DNA from: Callorhinchus milii
Lineage: Eukaryota
Direction of reading: 5' to 3'
NCBI RefSeq assembly: GCF_018977255.1
Contig: NW_024704742.1
Coordinates: 8,744,001 to 8,808,000, forward strand
DNA: 64,000 nt
Under the pieces are notes generated by a model that did not search any database, was not told the origin of the DNA, and saw only the letters and a program-made list of their open reading frames with translations. A program made the position numbers and the translations under genes. Positions 51,101 through 62,841 of this stretch are shown here, piece after piece. How positions within the stretch are numbered: position 1 is the stretch's first letter; every line of letters starts with the position of its first letter.

Positions 51101-53959
51101 TCCACAAATCCCTCTCCATTACTCTTGATGCCCTTGCCCCACTCACCTCCCAAACCGCTTCCTACTCACAAACCTCACCCTGGTACACCAGCCACCTCCA
51201 CTCCCTCAAGGGTCAGGTGTGGGCCACTGAACGCACCTGGCTCAAATCTGACCTAACGGTCCACCGGCAGACCTGGCTGGACCCCATCAAAATGTACCAC
51301 TCCGCCCTCGCCTCCACCAAATCATCCTTCTACTCCAAGATAATCTTGGAGGTGAAGGACAACCCAGGCTCCTATTCTCCACCACCAACCGGCTCCTTCA
51401 TTCAACCTCCCACGCCTCGCCCGTTCTCTCCTCAAACTCCGACTGTGAGGAGATGCTGGATTTCCTTGAGTCCAAAATCGAGTGGGATCCATTCGGCTGC
51501 CTCCGCCCTCCCAACCACCACTTCCTTCCCTTTTCCCCACCACACTCTAACCCTACCCATCCCTTCCTCCACATCTTCAAACCTGTATCCTCCTCTCACC
51601 ACCACGATATCCAGTATGAAATACACCACCTGTTCCCTTAGTCCCATCCCCTCCCCTCTCCTCACCTCCTAGCTCCACCTCCTCACCCCTCTACTCTCCG
51701 ACCCCATCAATCTCTCCCTATCATCTGGTACCGTTCCCATCCCCCTAAAAAACAGCTAAAAACAACCCCATCCTGAAAAACCTTCTCTAGACCCATTCCT
51801 GCTTTCTAACTACCAGCCCCTGTCCAACCTCCCTCTTCTTTCCAAGGTCCTTGAAAGAGTCATTGCTTCCCAGCTTCACTTCTTCCTCTTCTACCACTCC
51901 CTTCACAAGCCCCTCCGTGCTCACAGCACGGAAACTGCTCTGGTCAAGGACACAAATGACATTCTGTCCATCTGTGACCAGGGCTCCCTCTGCCTCCTCA
52001 TCCTCCTCGAACTCTCTACCACCTTCGATTCCGTGGACCACTCCATCCTCCTCCACCACTTCTCCTCTCACCTCAACCTTCAAGGTTCTGAATGGGAGAG
52101 AGTGGGGAGGACATTTTTCAGATTTAAATTAAAAACTTAAAAATTAGATACGTCCCCAAGACTTTTTTTTCCACTCACAGTAGCAACAAAACCCACCCAA
52201 TCGGACTGCCTTGTCTATCTGTCAGCAGATACACAAGATAGCCAGCAACTCGTCCTCAAACTACATCATTGAACCTTACCTTGTGACCAAACTTTAGCAA
52301 TCGTCTAAACCCAATTATTATTTTTAAAGTTTCTAATTATTTCCAGCAACTTGGGACATGCTCCCGACATGAAAGGGGCTGCATAAGTCCAATTTGTTGT
52401 TGTATTAAACCAAGCACTAACCTTAACTATAAACCATAACCATAAGCCAAAGTTTCACTGTCCATTTTAATTTGAACAGATCTTACAATGTCCGTCTCAA
52501 AGTACATGAGTCTCTCAACATTGGACTTGGTCACTACTGAGGTTCAAGATGGGTGGAACATCAAGAGGTAGATGACCCGGACTGATGAACTATTGCCAGG
52601 TTATCTAGACAAGGCAGGAGACATGAGGGAGAAGGGATTCACCTAGATCCTAGATACATGGTCACTCTAGAGTATATTGTTAGTGCTTTGAGATGTCTTC
52701 TCAACATGAGGGGCACTATATCAAATGTGAGGATTATTTAAGAGAACAGAAGGGTGTGGAAGAGGGTATAAAGAGGAGACTTGTGGAGGATGAACACCAG
52801 CCTGATTCAATGGATCGAATGGCCTGTTTCAGTCTGAGTAATTCTGTGTAGAACTGGCAGAAATGATCAAGGAGTGAATCAGCACTATTGAGGTTCCAAC
52901 AGATTGGAAACAAGCAAATATGGTTTCCATGCTCAAGATGACAGTGCCACTGTCCAGTGCCTTGGGACGTCCTCCCGACATGAAAGGTACTTTACAATGT
53001 CATCTGTTGTTGTTATAGTTCAGTGCAACTACAAAGACATTGTTAGCCTGACCCCAAAGCTGGAAACTAGTGGGGGTCAATAATCAAAGAAAAGTTATTT
53101 TTCTCCCAATCTCTCTAAAAACTGCCTCTGCATAAATTCAAGTGAATTATGTTATGAGGATGCAATATCCCAACTTGACTGCGGGAATCCATAAAATATA
53201 ATGAAATCCAAACCCCCAAAACATTTACAATTGATTTTACAATCTGATTTTACTGGGTATTAAGGTTAAGACATAAACAAGGATTTGCAATTGGCTGTAA
53301 CAAAGTAGATGGTAGTCTTTAAGGGAGATGGAGGGGAAATTAAGTAGGGAGCATCAGGTATTGCGATAATCCCAAATCTTCCTCGCATATACTTATGACC
53401 TCACAGATGGTGCAAGGTTGCAGATAACAGTTAAGTTTGGGAAAAGGTAGAATCAGAGGCAGCCAAGGTTTTACAAAGAAAGCTTGACAGTAAGTAATTA
53501 CAGAAAAATAATTAAAGCAAAAAGTACATTTCTACAAGTATATATAGCACAGCAAATTAGAATCTTTTATTATGGAATTGTTTTTTCAGAACTTCACAAA
53601 CACAAAGCATAGAATCCCTGGGCCTCTCTAATATGCAGCCAATACTGTATTAATGAGTTAGTTAACTAGCTTTACGTATTAGCAGAATTTGTGGGTAATT
53701 GCTTTTTGCTTAAGGTGCACACACAGTGTTTATGGCATGTTAAATGGTTTGTGAGTGGTATCACTGAAAGCTATATTCCATATTGGATCCTTTGGTTGCA
53801 AGCTTCGCTGCAATGGGTACAGCTAGTACAGTATATTTAAATAGCTGTAGCCACAGAGACCACTATATGCCTCAGTCCCACAACTAAAATGGGAAACATT
53901 TGCTCGGGTTCCTTGCCTTGAGTTACTTCTGCTGTAAAATGTGTGAATGATTGGTGAAA

Positions 53960-54372
53960 ACAATTAAGCACTCTAAGACACCGTCCGGCATGAAGGGCCC
54001 TATATACAACAACAAAATTACATTTATAGAGCGCCTTTCACATTGGGAGGACGTCCCAAAGCGCTGAACAGTCAGGTGTCGGGGCCCAAACATGGGGGAG
54101 GGGTGGTGTAGGGTTGAGGGAAGGCAGAGAGGTGGAAGGGCGACTAAAGGCACAATCAAAGAGAAGGGTCTTGAGACCGGCCTTGAAGGAGGCAAAGGAG
54201 GAAGCGAGGCAAAGGGACCGTGGGTTGGAGTTCCAGAGTGTGGGGCCAGAGAGGCTGAAAGCCCAACCATCGATGGTAGGGCGGGTCGGGCGGGAATCAT
54301 GGAGCAGGCCAGAGTCCGGTGAATGGAGGGAGCGGGCAGGTTGGTAGGGATCCTATAAATGCAAGTTGTTGA
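53960..54372 (-). mobile_element. L2 3' fragment(s)
   Basis: Matches the reverse complement of the L2 3' end (gagaagggtcttgagaccggccttgaaggagg; ccatcgatggtagggcgg). Confidence 0.8.
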
Positions 54373-55675
54373 TCTTGTTGAGGGCAGGATCAACTTATTA
54401 GTTTTGACAAGCTGAACTGGCTCACTGACAATTTCAATCCAGGTTTGGCAACCAAATCCCCAAAACACACACAGGGAAATAAGATTTCTAAACATTTTTG
54501 AAAAATCCTAAGTATTGCTTAAACACACACTATCTATTTGTGTTAAAAAATCCAATTGGAAGCATCGGGAGCCAGCTTGCTAAGAGCAAATCTTGTCATT
54601 ACCAATAATAGAAATCCTATTACCAGCATTCAATCAAAACATTTATTTAAAAAAATCTGGTTGAAGAATTCCTTTACTCAATAAAATGTACACATAGTAA
54701 TAGAAGGTTTGCCAATTCAACAAAAGATATTGATATATTAACACATTGAACAAGAGAGCGATCCTTTAACTGAAGGCTAATGTTGCTTGAAAGAGAAACT
54801 AGATAGCTCAGATATATTATACAAAACAGAAAGGGGCCCAAGGAACCATAAAGCAAAGTCACACAACTTAAGAGGAAGGATCCACTGCACATTTACACCA
54901 ATCTTAAGATGCTAAAGAGCAATACAAAAATATGAATTTGGTCCCTTGCAAAATGAGAAAGACGAGACAACTTTTGGCTGTCATTTTAAAAAAGAATAAA
55001 AGGCACATTTACAAGCTGTGCATGTGAACAAATCACAAGCCCACAAAATATACACTTTACAGTATATTCTGTGAAGCGCTTTGAGACGTCTCAATGATAT
55101 AAGGCGCTATATTAAATGCAAGGATTATTATTGTTATTAAAGGGCTTTCTACCAATGCACACACCAAATATTTTCCAGTCTTACAGGTAGAAAGTTTCAC
55201 TCTACTCTGGCAATTAAACAGAGCAGTTAATATCATTACACCAACATTAGTTTCCTTTTCTTTCAGCTTTATATTGCTAATGCAATCCATGATCGCGCAT
55301 TTGTAAAATAAATACACATTAAATCAATAATTTTCAAGTTGTTTGTAGTTATTTTGACTGATCAGTTGTAAACTGAGATGATTCGCTTGTAAAAAAGTAA
55401 CTCATTTATCACACTGCCAATCTGGAGATCTGGAGATCCCCAAAGGCAGTCAACATTTGGCCACTTATTTTTCATCTAAGAAACAGAATTTGTTTCCCTG
55501 TCGTTGATCGGTCTTTGTTTCATTGGAAGAATAGGGCCTTAAAACGTCCAGCAATCCTGATCACATTCTACAAAGTCAACCTTCAGTTAAAGTGGCTTTA
55601 GTTTATGTAGATATTCAACATCAATTCTGCATGAACATCAATGAGGACTTCATGATGCTAAGCAGTCAGGGCACC

Positions 55676-55731
55676 TTACTCCATTGAAAGCTGTATGCTG
55701 TCTGATTGACCTTGCTGGTCATACTTCCGTG
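55676..55731 (-). CDS. SMIM19: SMIM19 last coding exon
   Basis: [18 protein letters not shown] then TAA; 56 nt. Confidence 0.93.
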
Positions 55732-58712
55732 CTGAAACAATATAAAAACGTTAAATAAATCACAAAAATAATGAAGTTTTTTTGAAAAAAAACAGTAAAT
55801 CAGAACATCCCAATGGCTGAATGAATTTATGCAGTGTAGCTGCTGTTCCAATACAGCAAGTTCTCACATTTAATCTACGTTTTGCCCACAAAATATATAG
55901 TCGATTCACTTTACAGTATATTCTGTGAAGCGCTTTGAGACACCTAGAAGACGTGATAAGGCACTATATCAAATGCAAAGATTATTATCTGCATCAGAAT
56001 GCAACACAATTGGTCTCAAATTAGGGAAGAGAAAATCAACAAAGGATTCATGATCCAACTTGCAATCCAGTAACCTAATAATAACCCTTGCACTTGATAT
56101 ATAGTGTCTTATCATATTGTCAAAATGTCTCGAAGTGTTTCAAAACTTTTAACTGTAAAGTTAGTGACTGTTTATTCTGTAGAAAAACATAGGCAATTTG
56201 AACACAGCAATATCCAACAAACAGCCACAAAGTGAATGAACAACTTTATGGCAGATCTGAAAACATCTGCTGAACATACACGTGAATACTGTGTGATGAC
56301 ACAATCAGCCCTAATTATAATGGTGAAATGTGGGTGGTGGGTGGGGGGGGAACAAAGGTCATAGCGAGAAATGTTGGCAAAGTTTAAACTCAAAGTGACC
56401 AAAGCACGAATTAAGGTTTTGGCAGCAATGGGGTGGGATAAAGACATAATTGAAGGTTCTGCAGATTAAATAAGACAGCCTTAGCAATGAACCAGACATA
56501 GGGTTTGAAGACCAGCTGAGGGCCATATAGAATGCTAAGATTACAGCATTGCCCGACAAAGATTCCAGGATATACCACCAATAGAAAGATCACAGTGTAC
56601 GTTTACTAGGATGATACCAGTGCTGGCAGGTTACTGCTAGCAGGTTAAACTAGATACGTTACGCCTTTTTTTGAGGGGACATAATAGAAGTATATATAAT
56701 TATTAAATGGTTCAACAAATTAGTATAAATAGGCTGTTCCCACTTGTTGGGGATTCCGGAACTGGGGGACACAAGTATAAGATAGCGAATGGAGATCTAA
56801 GCAATAATTTAGGAGGAACTACTTCATGCAGTGAGCAGTATGAATATGGAACTCACTGCCCAAACCTGTGGTTAAAGCAGATGGTATAGATGCATTTGAG
56901 GAAGCCAGGTATCTGGAGGGAAGAGTAGACAGGTATGGGAGGAAGTAAGGAGTGGGTTACTGTGGATTGTTGAATATAAACACTGCAATGGATATTGAGG
57001 CTGATGGCGTGTTTCTGTGCTGAACAATCTATGTAATTAAGTTAGTAATTCCTCAAACGTACACAAACATCAGTTTCAATATATCAAATCCAAACTTATT
57101 GCTAACCCATTATCAACCTTTCCGCTTCCTCTGCTCAGCCTGCTTCACGTCCCCCGCGTTGCCCACACCACCATCGGCGGTTGGGCCTTCAGCCTCTCTG
57201 CCCCCATTTGGAACTCCATCTCACATTCCCTTCGCCTTGCCCCCTCCCTTTGCCTCCTTCAAGGCACGTCTCAAAACCCTCCTCTTAGAAAGTGCCTTCG
57301 GCCACCAACCCCCATCCTTCTACCCCCACCCTCTCTGCCCTCCATCCTCCATGATCCCAACCCCCAACTCGCGTCCAAATCCCTGACTGTCCAGTGCCTC
57401 GGGCTGACCTCCCGACGTGAAAGGCACTATACAAATGTAGTTTTGTATTATTTCACTGATCTCTAAAATGCTTACCAATGTAGTACATCTCTAACTGCTG
57501 CCTTAAGCGAACCTTCTGCAGGTTATCATAAAAATTGGGCTCAGGTGCTGCACCAGCAGACGGTGGCACAGTAAATATTCTCATGATCTTCCTTTTATTC
57601 CTAAAAAAAAATCCTGAGGTTAGTCAGAAACAAAATATAGTAAACCATGGCTTAAAGTTGTTACATTTTTACAACAAAGCCAAATCTTTACTTTTTTCCA
57701 ACCACATCCCGTTTACATATAAATGATTACATAATAATCCTTGCACTTGATATAGTGCCTTATCACACCATCAAAACGTTTCACAATACTAGCACAAGAT
57801 TTGCTCTCAGGTGTAGTGATAGTATTTGTCGGAGAATGTAGCAGTTATCTATTTATGCACAGCAATATCCTGACAATTAAGTGAATAGCCAATTTTATCA
57901 GCGGGATTGTTGACCAAGACACAGGGAGAAACTCCCTTCCCTTACCAAGTAATACAAAATTACATTGTATAGCGCCTTTCACATCAAGAAGACGTCCCAA
58001 GGCCCTAGACAGTCAGGGATCTGATCTAAGGATTATTTTTCATTATTAATCACTTCTAGTGCCACTGACTACAAAAACAGCAAAATAAATGTTGATTCTG
58101 TAAAACAGACATAGCCAAACTAATTTCAAACAATATTATTCCTGCTTTCCAACCAAATCAGTGCAAGTGACCACTATTATTTGTGGAGTCCTGTAGCTCA
58201 GTAGTTAGAGCACTCGCCTCGCAAGCGAGAGATCTGGATTCAATTTCCACCAGAGCGAAATGTTGGGCAAGTTTCCTTACTCCACACGGCTCTGTTTACC
58301 CAGCAGTAAGTAGGAGCCCGGTTGTTAGGCAATTGTTGGATCGCTTTTCTGGGGGTAATAATTCCTTAAAAAAAATTGGTCACTTTAATCCAAGACTGCA
58401 ACACTGCTGTGTGCAATTGGCTGCTGCATTTCGCTGACAAAGTAATATCAATTCACTTTACAGTATATTCTGTGTAGCGTTTTGAGAGGTCTAGACGTGA
58501 TAAGGCACTAAATCAAATGCAAGGATTATTATTATATATTACTGATGTGTTGATTACAACAAACTAGGGTGTCACCCATACACAAACAAAATGTAAGTGG
58601 TTAAAATTTATTAATTTATTTTACTTTTTTTAAAATTTACTTTTGGTCAGCAGGGATTATTAATAATTCATAGAGAGAAAGAGAGAGTAATTCAGAGATA
58701 GTAATAAGGAGT

Positions 58713-58750
<38 letters not shown>

Positions 58751-59175
58751 AACAAAATAAACAAATTGGTCATTCGTTTCCTGGCTGTCTGTATGCAAAC
58801 TGGCTGCTTCCATTGCCTGAAAATACAGTCAATCCATTTCACAGTAAATCCTGTGAAGGGCTTTAATAGTAATAATAATCTCCACGTCCTTCCGATGTGA
58901 TAAGGCACAATACCAAATGCAAGGATTTGCTATTGTTATTAATATAGAGAGAGCAACAGAAAGAGAAAGTAATTAATACAGGGAAGTAGAGAGAGAGCAA
59001 TACAGAGAGGCAGAGAGAGAGCAATACAGAGAGGCGGAGAGAGGGAAAGCAATACGGAGAGAGAGAGAGCAATACAGAGAGACAGAGAGCAATAGAGAGA
59101 GCGAGAGAGAGCAATACAGAGAGAGCAATACAGAGAGACAGAGGGAGACAGCAATACAGAGACAGAGAGCAATAC

Positions 59176-59221
<46 letters not shown>

Positions 59222-61506
59222 ATACAGAGAGAGAGCAATACATAGAGACAGAGAGAGAGCAATACAGAGAGAGTGAGAAAGAGAGATAGAGAGCAATACA
59301 GAGAGACAGAGTCAGACAGAGACAGAGCAATAGAGAGAGACAGAGAGAGAGAGCAATACAGAGAGTCAGAGTGAGACTGAGACAGAGAGCAATACAGAGA
59401 GAGTGAGACAGAGAGAAAGTGGTTGGGGGGGGTGGGGAGAGAGCTGGGGTCCCGACTGGTGGGCTGAATTGGGGGCTGAGCTGGGGTGTTGGGGGCTGGG
59501 GTGTTGGGGGTTGGGGGCTGGTGGCTGGGGTGTTGGGGGCTGGGGTGTTGGGGGCTGGTGGCTGGGGTGTTGGGGGCTGGTGGCTGGGGTGTTGGGGGCT
59601 GGTGGCTGGGGTGTTGTGCGGGGGGGAGAGTGGCTGTGGGTTAGGGGCGGGGGGGTGTTGGGGGCCAGTGGCTGGGGTGTTGGGGGCCGGTGGCTGGGGT
59701 GTTGGGGGCTGTGCTGTTGTGGGGTGGGCGTGGGGGTGTTGGGGGCTGGTGGCTGGGGTGTTGTGTGGGGGGGGGGGAGTGACTGTGGGTTAGAGGCGGG
59801 GGAGGGGGTGTTGTGGGTGGTTGTTGGGGGGGATGTTGTGGGTTAGAGGCGGGGAGGGGGTGTTGTGGGGGGGAGGGGGTGTTGTGGGGGGAGGGGTGTT
59901 ATGGGGTGGAGGGGGTGTTGTGGGGGGGAAGGGGTGTTGTGGGGGGAAGGGGGTGTTGGGGGGGTTGGGCTGTTGGGCGGGGGAGGGGGTGTTGGGGGTT
60001 AGGGGCGGGGGAGGGGGGTTGTGGGGGGGAGGGGGTGTTGGGGTTAGGGGGGGAGGGGGTGTTGTGGGGGAGGGGGTGTTGTGGGGGGAGGGGGTGTTGT
60101 GGGGGGGAGGGGGTGTTTGGGGGAGGGGTGTTGTGGGGGGAGGGGGTGTTTGGGGGGAGGGGGTGTTGGGGGGAGGGGGTGTTGGGGGGTGGGGGTGTTG
60201 GGGGGGGAGGGGGTGTTGGGGTATTGTGGGGGGAGGGGTGTTGTGTGGGGGAGGGGGTGTTGGGGGTTAGGGGGGGAGGGGTGTTGTGGGGGGAGGGGGT
60301 GTTGTGGGGGAGGGGGGTGTTGTGGGGGGAAGGGGTGTTTGGGGGTGTTGTGTGGGGGAGGGGGTTGGGGGGGGGGGGTGTTTGGGGTGTTGTGTGGGGG
60401 AGGGGGTTGGGGGGGAGGGGGTGTTGGGGGTGTTGTGTGGGGGAGGGGTGTTGGGTGTTGGGGGGGGAGGGGGTGTTGTGGGGGAGGGGGTGTTGGGGTT
60501 GGGGGGGAGGGGTGTTGTGGGGGGAGGGGGTGTTTGGGTGTTGGGGGGCAGGGGGTGTTTGGGGTGTTGTGTGGGGGAGGGGGTGTTGGGTGTGGGGGGG
60601 GGGGTGTTGTGGGGGAGGGGGTGTTGGGGTTGGGGGGGAGGGGGTGTTGTGTGGGGGAGGGGGTGTTGGGTGTTGGGGGGGAGGGGTGTTGTGGGGGAGG
60701 GGTGTTGGGGGTTGGGGGGGAGGGGTGTTGTGTGGGGAGGGGGTGTTGGGTGTTGGGGGGGGAGGGGGTGTTGTGGGGGAGGGGTGTTGGGGGTTGGGGG
60801 GGGAGGGGGTGTTGTGGGGGGAGGGGTGTTGGGGGTTGGGGGGGGAGGGGGTGTTGGGGGGGGGGGGTGTTGTGTGGGGGAGGGGGTGTTGTGGGGGGAG
60901 GGGGTGTTGTGGGGGGAGGGGGTGTTGGGGGTTGGGGGGGAGGGTGTTGGGGGGGAGGGGGTGTTGTGTGGGGGAGGGGGTGTTGTGGGGGGAGGGGGTG
61001 TTGTGGGGGGAGGGGGTGTTGGGGTTGGGGGGGGAGGGGGTTTGGGGGGAGGGGGTGTTGTGTGGGGGAGGGGAGGGGGTGTTGGGGGTTGGGAGGGGAG
61101 GGGGTGTTGTGGGGGGAGGGGTGTTGGGGGTTGGGGGGGAGGGGGTGTTGGGGTTGGGGGTGTTGGGGGTTGGGGGGGAGGGGGTGAGGGGTGTTGGGGG
61201 GAGGGGGTGTTGTGTGGGGGAGGGGTGTTGGGGGTTGGGGGGGGAGGGGTGTTGTGGGGGAGGGGGTGTTGGGGGGGAGGGGGTGTTGGGGGTTGGGGGG
61301 GAGGGGGTTGGGGGGGAGGGGGTGTTGTGAGGGGGAGGGGTGTTGGGGGTTGGGGGGGGGGGGGTTGCGGTTGGGCTGACGGGGACTCACTTTCTGGCGT
61401 ACATGAGGAGGCCGAGACTGACGAGAACTGCGATCAGGTAAATGTTAGTGGCGTCATTCCAGGCCTCGTGCACCGTGTAGTCCATGGCGACCGCCTCGTC
61501 CCCCAT
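55676..61506 (-). CDS. SMIM19: Small integral membrane protein 19, 3 coding exons (98 aa)
   Basis: Spliced product [98 protein letters not shown], recognised by the [14 protein letters not shown] and RLRQQLEMY motifs; single TM helix. Confidence 0.95.
56595..57035 (+). mobile_element. Older CR1-like 3' fragment
   Basis: Degenerate RFTRMIP and [18 protein letters not shown] motifs. Confidence 0.7.
57120..57450 (+). mobile_element. L2 3' fragment
   Basis: IGGWAFS and [10 protein letters not shown] motifs; ends gtgaaaggcactatacaaatgtagttttgtatt. Confidence 0.78.
57476..57600 (-). CDS. SMIM19: SMIM19 second coding exon
   Basis: [13 protein letters not shown]...[11 protein letters not shown]; 125 nt; TTTTTAG/GTAAGC. 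Confidence 0.95.
58185..58535 (+). mobile_element. Full-length tRNA-derived SINE (tRNA head, CORE-like segment, Deu-like 3' part, L2-type tail)
   Basis: ggagtcctgtagctcagtagttagagc (A box), degenerate B box, gggcaagtttccttactccacac, caattggctgc, tail atcaaatgcaaggattattatt. Confidence 0.88.
58950..59417 (+). repeat. GA-rich minisatellite (gagagcaatacaga units)
   Basis: Direct reading. Confidence 0.9.
59420..61372 (+). repeat. ~2-kb G-rich minisatellite (ggggaggggtgttg variants) in SMIM19 first intron
   Basis: Direct reading. Confidence 0.95.
61391..61506 (-). CDS. SMIM19: SMIM19 first coding exon
   Basis: ATG at 61506 with an upstream in-frame TGA; donor GTGAGT; 116 nt. Confidence 0.92.
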
Positions 61507-61509
61507 CAC

Positions 61510-61660
61510 CGCGCGTCATCAACCCCAGCCCGCCGGACACGTCATCAAACCGCGACCCGGCTGGCGCATGCTCACTGGGCACTTCCCGCCCCGCCCCCAG
61601 AACACCGGTCGGTTGTGATGAGGGAGGAGTGTAATGGCCGTCGCGCTGTTGCTCCTGTGA
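61510..61660. promoter_or_regulatory. CpG-rich SMIM19 promoter, possibly bidirectional
   Basis: High CpG density; GC boxes (ccgccccgcccc), NRF1-like GCGCATGC, E2F/ETS-like acttcccgcc, CRE-like TGACGT. Confidence 0.6.
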
Positions 61661-62841
61661 GTACCTGGAAACACTGTCTCGGGTTATGTGTACCTCAGGG
61701 GGTGGGTTCCCCGCCTCTGCTACACTGGGGGCTGTGCACCTTACATTTGGCAGAGGTCCCCCCCACACACACACAGACCCCGCTTGCTTTAACTGTTTTA
61801 TTTTTATTTTCCAGGACAGGTTCGGGATTATTATTGTTATTATTGTTGTTGTTTGCAAAGGAATCAGTTTTATTTTGTAAAGTATTTTTAATCAAATTAA
61901 GACGGACTGAACGGAACTGCTCTTCGTCTGAGTTGCCAATGACAACAGACCAGGGTGTGCCGAGTAGCAAACATTTTCGGTGTTAATCTGGTGGTGTCCT
62001 CATCACCGGCAGAATACGAGGACTTGTAACTTAACGGGACAACTTCCTCTCTTCCTGTGTAACGAAATTTCAAGTAGAAATTTGGGATATCAGACGAGCA
62101 GAATTGATTTATTAATAATAATAATCCCTGCGTTTGATGTAGCACCTTATCACGTCTTCAAGACGTCTCAAAGCGCTTCACAGAATATACTGTAAAGTGA
62201 ATTACTGTGCATTTTGTGGGAGAAACATTCTTCATCACACAGAACACTTAACAATTACTTCATCAATGAGCTTATAAAAATCAGACGTTTCAAGGCATGC
62301 TTTGCGACTTTTTAATTCTATTCTCCATTTCACATCATTTTAAACTCAGGCTTTGTACAATCGGCTTTTTAAGTTTATAGGCTGGGGTTTTCCTTATCCG
62401 TTCACCCTTGACTTGCACAATAAATGGCAATAGAGGTGGCTTCTGAACCAATAAGCCAATTGCTGCTGGTGTATAGGCCCGAAGCTCAATTTTGTCTTCA
62501 GAATGAGCTGTCACTGCAATCCAACCTGAAAAAGTCATCAGAAAAGACTGGATATCAACAACCACTTGCACTGATTATAGAACCCTTCACGGGGAATAGC
62601 ATCTCGGAGCGCTTGAAGAGACAAGGTTTTGAGAAAGAAAGACCGAGGGAGAGAGACAGACAGAGACTTAGAGAGGGAGAGACTGAGAGATGGAGACAGA
62701 ATGAGAGAGAGGGAGAGAGACACACACACAACAGTTTGGGAAAATAGTTAACTAGTCTCTGAATTATGGAATTCTTTGGGGAAAAAAGCAACTGAGCTCC
62801 AATAGACACAATTGTACCAATAATCTCACTTATTAGTAGTA

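Larger units (their letters stand above)
32795..52866 (+). repeat. ~20-kb direct duplication, copy B
   Basis: Starts 70 nt after the gap at the L2 3' UTR and continues into unique sequence after 52866. Confidence 0.97.

Noticed and set aside
58185..58260. tRNA-Ala-like gene
   Set aside because: It is a SINE head: it runs into the SINE body and tail, has many degenerate copies, and lacks a proper acceptor stem.
59403..61390. 300-560 aa Gly-rich or Pro-rich ORFs
   Set aside because: Translation of the G-rich intronic tandem repeat.
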